A stretch of DNA of 32,000 nt from Candidatus Saccharimonadota bacterium (GTDB lineage: Bacteria; Patescibacteriota; Saccharimonadia; Saccharimonadales; Saccharimonadaceae). The notes under the pieces were generated by a model that worked only from the letters and a program-made list of their open reading frames with translations, had not been told where the DNA came from and ran no database searches. Position numbers and translations under genes: made by a program. The stretch lies in NCBI GenBank assembly GCA_049296095.1, contig JBAQRV010000001.1, positions 240,001 to 272,000 of the forward strand. Reading direction: 5' to 3'. Below, piece after piece: positions 27,672 to 32,000 of the stretch. Each line of letters starts with the position of its first letter. The stretch's first letter is position 1.

Positions 27672-28070
27672 CTAGGCTTTCTTGAATCTGGTTTTAAGGA
27701 CGGTCAATTGATGGGCAATGGTCTGGTCAAGTTCATATCCTGGCAGACTGATTTTGACACCGCCGATGACGGTAGGGTCAATCTCGGTTTCGATTGCAAC
27801 TTCTGACGACTTGGTCTTAGTAGCAATGAACTTTTCGATGGCTTTCTTTGTTTCTGCCGAAAGGTCAAAAGCGGAAGTGACGGTCGCGCTGGTAATACCG
27901 ACCTCGGACAGATAGAAATTGATATCGCGGACAATGAGGCTAAGCTCTTTAGTGCGCCTGGTCTCAACCAGATAAGCGGCGAGTTCTTTGACGACCTTGG
28001 CACGATTCTTCGCCACCAATTGAGTCGCAACATACATCGCTAAACTACGTCGTGAAAGCTTTCGAGCCAT
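27672..28070 (-). CDS. atpH: F1 ATP synthase subunit delta (OSCP), unusually short at 132 aa
   Basis: The C-terminal 'IDPTVIGGVKISLPGYELDQTIAHQLTVLK' matches the OSCP C-terminal domain. Operon position is between atpF and atpA. The TAATG overlaps atpF. Confidence 0.85.
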   Translation of the reverse strand: MARKLSRRSLAMYVATQLVAKNRAKVVKELAAYLVETRRTKELSLIVRDINFYLSEVGITSATVTSAFDLSAETKKAIEKFIATKTKSSEVAIETEIDPTVIGGVKISLPGYELDQTIAHQLTVLKTRFKKA

Positions 28071-28612
28071 TACTTGCTCTCCTTGACGGCTGTCGCAATT
28101 AACTCACTGTCGGCTTTTTTAGTAAGTGTCGCGCCAATAACTTTCTCAGTTGCCAGCCCAACAAGCTCGAGAGTTTCGTTGTAAAGTTGCTTCTTTACAT
28201 TCTCGACATCCTTATTAATCTGCTCGTGAGCATTAGCAACGATCTGCTCGGCCGTTTTCACAGCCTTCTTTTCACTCATACTGACAATCTCGGCAGATTC
28301 TTGCTTAGCCGTGCTGACAATATCAGACGCCTCTTTGCGAGCCTCGGCCAGCAGCTCGGCTACTTTTTCATTGTTCTTTTCAGCCGCTTCTTGTGCTTTG
28401 GCAGCAGCCTTAGCCGCGGCTTCAATATTCGCTTGGCGCTCATCAACTGATTTCATGAGCCATGGGTAGACGAATTTTCCGAGTAAAAATACCAGGACTA
28501 AAAAGGCAATTATCTGCAAAATTAGCAGGCGCCAGTCAATTCCGAGCGCACTAAAAATGTCGCCCGTCGCTTCGGTCGTTGTCTCAGCAGCAAATTGGCT
28601 CAAAAAACTCAT
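28070..28612 (-). CDS. atpF: Fo ATP synthase subunit b
   Basis: Single N-terminal TM helix followed by a long A/E/K-rich coiled coil. Operon position also fits. Confidence 0.9.
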   Translation of the reverse strand: MSFLSQFAAETTTEATGDIFSALGIDWRLLILQIIAFLVLVFLLGKFVYPWLMKSVDERQANIEAAAKAAAKAQEAAEKNNEKVAELLAEARKEASDIVSTAKQESAEIVSMSEKKAVKTAEQIVANAHEQINKDVENVKKQLYNETLELVGLATEKVIGATLTKKADSELIATAVKESK

Positions 28613-28621
28613 CTAATCTCC

Positions 28622-28834
28622 CTACAAGAACTTCGCGATGATAGCAACAATGATACCAATGATAGCGAGTGAGTCGGCAAAGACAATCGCGGTAATCATC
28701 AGTGTACGAATGTCGCTTAATTTTTCTGGGTTACGTCCAAAGGCGTTCAACGCTCCGTTACCGATAAGACCAATACCGAGTGCAGCTCCCAGTGCTGGTA
28801 GTGCGTAGGCAAGTCCAAATGCTAATTGTTCCAT
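28622..28834 (-). CDS. atpE: Fo ATP synthase subunit c
   Basis: 70-aa two-helix hairpin with a Gly-rich helix 1 ('LGAALGIGLIG'), an 'RNPE' loop and a carboxylate in helix 2. Confidence 0.93.
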   Translation of the reverse strand: MEQLAFGLAYALPALGAALGIGLIGNGALNAFGRNPEKLSDIRTLMITAIVFADSLAIIGIIVAIIAKFL

Positions 28835-28879
28835 TATTTCTCCTTATGTTATTACGCGGCGCGTATCTGATTAATTATA

Positions 28880-29671
28880 TCATCCCTTTGCTAGGGCCTT
28901 TTTCTTAGCCTTGGCAGGTGAGTGATCAGGTGAGGGGCCGTGGTGAGCGACGGCAAGCGCAGTAAAAATAAGCGTCAGGACAAAGAAGACGTAGGCTTGG
29001 ATAAAGCCGATAAATAATTCAAAGCCCATAAAGAAGGGGAGGACAGCCGCAGCAGCATAACTTGTCAAGACGGCAATCACGATCAATAGAACCTCGCCAG
29101 CAAAGGCATTCCCGAATAAACGCAGCGCTAGCGCCGCTCCGCGAGAGACCTCGCCAATAAGCTCCAGGACCCCCTCGAATGAGCCAATTGGATCCTTAAT
29201 TGGGTTACGGAAGTAGCGGTTGCCATTACCGAAAATACCAAGGTGCTTGATGGCATAAATTTGAACAGTCACGACAGTAATAATTGCCAGGCCGAGCGTA
29301 AAGTTTAGATCGGCGGTGAGGCTTCGGAGTACTGGCACGCCGTCCCACTTAATTGAATCAAGGCCAGGAATCACACTCAGCCAATAATTAAACAGTACAA
29401 CAAAAAAAATAGTAATCGCCAGTGGAGCGACCTTTCGTCCAAGCTTTTTGTCTGGAATAATATCATCGACCGATTTCAAAAGGCCCTCAAACACCCATTG
29501 GACCAGCCCGACAAAGCGATTGTACTTACCGCGTTTGACTCGACCGCTGACATAAAAAAGGATCGCGATTGTAATCAGGGTACCGATAATGCCAGTTATG
29601 AGTGCGTTGGTGATAGGGAAGCCCCAAAGATGAAAGAGTGGTTCGGCCGAGATCGAAATATGGAGATCCAT
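28880..29671 (-). CDS. atpB: Fo ATP synthase subunit a
   Basis: 'ALALRLFGNAFAGEVLL' contains the essential Arg motif. The protein is polytopic. Confidence 0.93.
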   Translation of the reverse strand: MDLHISISAEPLFHLWGFPITNALITGIIGTLITIAILFYVSGRVKRGKYNRFVGLVQWVFEGLLKSVDDIIPDKKLGRKVAPLAITIFFVVLFNYWLSVIPGLDSIKWDGVPVLRSLTADLNFTLGLAIITVVTVQIYAIKHLGIFGNGNRYFRNPIKDPIGSFEGVLELIGEVSRGAALALRLFGNAFAGEVLLIVIAVLTSYAAAAVLPFFMGFELFIGFIQAYVFFVLTLIFTALAVAHHGPSPDHSPAKAKKKALAKG

Positions 29672-29943
29672 TAGAGAGGCTTCCTGACATCACGAATCTG
29701 TTTGGCAATCAAAAGAATACTGAGCGCCGTTCCGACAATCAAGCAGGCAATCGTCCCAATCGGCGCAATATTGAACCAGTGATCAATCCCGATACCCAAG
29801 AAAGTACCCCCGATGGTCGGCAAGAATGCCCTCCAGGTGGTATCAAGTGCGGTAGCAAGTAACAACATCGACGCAGACTGGGGTGTTCGCGGTCGTTTTG
29901 TCGTCTGGCTCTCTGTATCAGTAAGTCGAGGCGACTGCGGCAT
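29671..29943 (-). CDS. AtpZ/AtpI-like small membrane protein at the head of the atp operon
   Basis: 90 aa with two TM helices. Its stop overlaps the atpB start (TAATG). The start at 29943 was chosen over 30072, which would overlap the upstream gene. Confidence 0.65.
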   Translation of the reverse strand: MPQSPRLTDTESQTTKRPRTPQSASMLLLATALDTTWRAFLPTIGGTFLGIGIDHWFNIAPIGTIACLIVGTALSILLIAKQIRDVRKPL

Positions 29944-29953
29944 AACTCTCTCA

Positions 29954-29962
29954 ATTGTAACA
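29954..29962 (-). promoter_or_regulatory. Extended -10 box TGTTACAAT, candidate atp operon promoter
   Basis: The reverse complement of 29954-29962 is TGTTACAAT, 10 nt upstream of the ATG at 29943. Confidence 0.5.
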
Positions 29963-29989
29963 GCGAGGCAAAGATTTGTATATGACCAG

Positions 29990-32000
29990 TTAGTTGATTG
30001 ATGTGACAGTAAATGTTCCGCTCGAAGTAAAGCGATGAATCGTATTGCCACCCGAAGTAGTGATCGTTCCACCCGTCGCCGTCATCGTACCGGTAGGATA
30101 GGAGATAATAACCACACCAGAGCCACCGGCACCACCATTTCCGCCGCCATCGCCTCCGCCGCCGCCACCGCCGCCTCTGTTCGCCGTGCCCGCTGCGCCT
30201 GCAGTCGGACCGCCACCTTGGCCACCAACACCGCCAGCACAACCCGCCGCCCCTACACCATTAGTAACATTTGCCCAACGGCCACCGCTACCACCGCCTG
30301 CGTAGCAGACACTTGCACCACTTATTGAAGTTGTATAGCCGGCCCCTCCTGTACCCGAGACACCTGCGCTCATAGCACCTGTTGCATTACCACCTGCGCC
30401 CGTTGCGCCACCGCCACCACCACCTTGACCTGCAGTAGAGTCAGAGGATCCATTACCCCCTCTGTTCCCACGACCGATAGTCCCGAGCATACCCGCACCG
30501 GCAACTCCCGTTGCTGCGTCGATCGTCCCTGCGCCGCCGCCACCAGAACCACCTATTGTCGCCTGAGAAACAGAGTTTGTGTTAATGCGCCCGCCGCCGC
30601 CGCCGCCGCCTAGAGAGATAATTGTTGAGAATACCGAAGTACCACCCATTCCGCCTGGAGTACCGATGCCAACACCACCACTTCCTCCAGCACCAACCGT
30701 TACGGCATACGCCTGCTGGCTTACAACTACCGTACCTTCAGAAACACCGCCACCACCACCGCCACCTGCGTGGTTATTTCCGCCGCCGCCACCGCCACCA
30801 ACTACCAGCGCTTGTACCGTTGCTAGTTGTTCTGTATCTGGTACGGGTCGAAAAGCTGCACTATAAGAATAGGGGATTGTACTACTTGTAGACCAGACAA
30901 AACCGGCTAACCAACTTGCATCGGTACGAGTTAATATAGAGCTGTCAGATAATTTCCGAACTGAAAGGCTAAACCCAGCGCCACCACTAACATTGTAGTC
31001 TGAAACCGCAAACTGATGTTCACCCTCAGTAAGAGTCACGTTTACCGTATAGACATTGTTATATGAGCCTGAAGCGATGATAGTACCATCAAGATAGATA
31101 TCACAGGTTTCATCGCAGTTATATGTCACCCTCACATCAGTCGGTGAAGTAACCGTAATTGTTCGACTATCGCGAAAGAATGAGTACTGCGCCGACGGGG
31201 AATTACCGGAGCCATCATAATTATGCACTGTCGTAATCCAACGCGCACCCGCATCGCTACTATTACTTGTCCATGCGCTGTTAACTGCCTGTGCACTAAA
31301 CCTATCTCGACTCACTCCCCACATACTTGATAACGCATCAAAATCCTTATGTGCAAAGTTAACCGTGTCACCGGCCGTTGCTCGCCAACTGCGATCTGTC
31401 ACTGCAACTGGGATTGAAGCACCTTCTTGAATGACGCTCGCTTCAAAACGAGCAGCATTGTTTGCTAAGTCTGGACTCAGGTTAATCAAACGTACAAATA
31501 CATTGTGACATCCACTCGATAAAGTGACACTACCGGATCCGAGAGTGCCCGCTTCAGACCTAGTAATATACTTCCCGTCGACATATATATATGCACTATC
31601 GTTCACACCAGACACCTGTACGCCAACGTTATAAGTTCCTGCATTCGTCACGCTAAAGTCTTTCCTGTAGTAGGTCGAGCCGGGATTTAAAGCACTGTCA
31701 GAAATACTTATTGTCTGCGCTAAAGACGTGGGAGAGTAATCGACCTGAGTACTCGTAAGAACAGCTGCTTGCCAACCTAATGTGCTCGAAGTTGCCCCGG
31801 AACATAGATCGGGAACGACCGCCGCCTGGACGCTTGGTTGAGTGTAAGTTCGCCAGACCGATCCATTCGATGTACGAGTAATTTCCGTATAGCCAGTATT
31901 AGGGATAGTGACCGCTTTGCCATCACTATCGAGAGTCGGGCGACCCACACTAAATGAACTGCGGACATTGCCGTTCTGGGTTACGAAACATTGCGGGCCG
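29990..32000 (-). CDS. Large protein with PA14-like beta-sandwich modules and a C-terminal glycine-rich domain (N-terminus outside the window)
   Basis: The frame stays open to the window edge. The 31948 'start' is an internal GTG. Two PA14-like modules are present ('AYIYVDGKYI...GCHNVFVRL' and 'CDIYLDGTII...GEHQFAVSDYN'). A ~270-aa poly-Gly block domain ends 'GGNTIHRFTSSGTFTVTSIN'. Confidence 0.8.
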   Translation of the reverse strand, partial: GPQCFVTQNGNVRSSFSVGRPTLDSDGKAVTIPNTGYTEITRTSNGSVWRTYTQPSVQAAVVPDLCSGATSSTLGWQAAVLTSTQVDYSPTSLAQTISISDSALNPGSTYYRKDFSVTNAGTYNVGVQVSGVNDSAYIYVDGKYITRSEAGTLGSGSVTLSSGCHNVFVRLINLSPDLANNAARFEASVIQEGASIPVAVTDRSWRATAGDTVNFAHKDFDALSSMWGVSRDRFSAQAVNSAWTSNSSDAGARWITTVHNYDGSGNSPSAQYSFFRDSRTITVTSPTDVRVTYNCDETCDIYLDGTIIASGSYNNVYTVNVTLTEGEHQFAVSDYNVSGGAGFSLSVRKLSDSSILTRTDASWLAGFVWSTSSTIPYSYSAAFRPVPDTEQLATVQALVVGGGGGGGNNHAGGGGGGGVSEGTVVVSQQAYAVTVGAGGSGGVGIGTPGGMGGTSVFSTIISLGGGGGGGRINTNSVSQATIGGSGGGGAGTIDAATGVAGAGMLGTIGRGNRGGNGSSDSTAGQGGGGGGATGAGGNATGAMSAGVSGTGGAGYTTSISGASVCYAGGGSGGRWANVTNGVGAAGCAGGVGGQGGGPTAGAAGTANRGGGGGGGGDGGGNGGAGGSGVVIISYPTGTMTATGGTITTSGGNTIHRFTSSGTFTVTSIN

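Noticed and set aside
29993-30800. A third high-GC patch that could be another foreign island
   Set aside because: The GC enrichment here is explained by glycine (GGN) codon runs within one continuous gene. Its non-Gly part has ordinary composition.
29739-30891. Pro/Ala/Thr-rich and Trp/Arg-rich ORFs (30035-30328, 30425-30613, 30579-30866, 30622-30891 on plus; 29739-30242 and 30370-30552 on minus) overlapping the glycine-rich region
   Set aside because: They are antisense or alternate-frame readings of GGN-repeat coding DNA (GGN gives NCC, i.e. Pro/Ala/Thr). They are low-complexity artefacts.

Overview
This is a compact bacterial window. Most of it is about 37-50% GC by hand counts of sample lines, and intergenic gaps are very small. 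Gene content includes a type IV pilin, a giant glycine-rich protein, an LPXTG protein and small membrane proteins. That mix fits a reduced, Gram-positive-type genome such as Patescibacteria/Saccharibacteria, but lineage is inference only because no search could be run. Left to right the window holds: (1) an HxlR regulator, an OmpR-type response regulator with its histidine kinase, a Gre-factor-like protein and a P-type cation ATPase (0.1-5.4 kb); (2) a small hypothetical gene and a 480-nt non-coding gap; (3) a ~2.2 kb island of ~65% GC carrying one LPXTG-anchored surface protein (6.1-8.4 kb); (4) a DUF378 protein, a DEAD-box helicase with a structured leader, membrane proteins, a cupin, an SDR, a PNPOx-like protein, VIT1-like and DUF805 proteins and a racemase (8.4-15 kb); (5) tRNA-Gln(CUG); (6) a 554-aa type IV pilin-like protein with three FN3 modules and an aromatic-rich C-terminal domain, followed at a 2-nt gap by a membrane-anchored protein (15.2-17.6 kb); (7) a hypothetical gene divergent from a 1089-aa UvrD-type helicase fused to a PD-(D/E)XK nuclease; (8) a second, ~0.3 kb high-GC islet with a 51-aa ORF; (9) dus; (10) a complete F1Fo ATP synthase operon on the minus strand (atpZ-like, B, E, F, H, A, G, an extra ORF, D, C); (11) the 3' part of a large PA14-like plus glycine-rich protein that runs off the window. 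The most notable observations are these. Two compositionally foreign high-GC inserts, one encoding a sortase-substrate surface protein. A 95-aa ORF coupled to both atpG and atpD, in an operon whose delta subunit is short. An FN3-decorated giant pilin. A recurrent extended -10 box 6-8 nt upstream of start codons, which implies widespread leaderless mRNAs. No CRISPR array, transposase, integrase or rRNA gene was seen.
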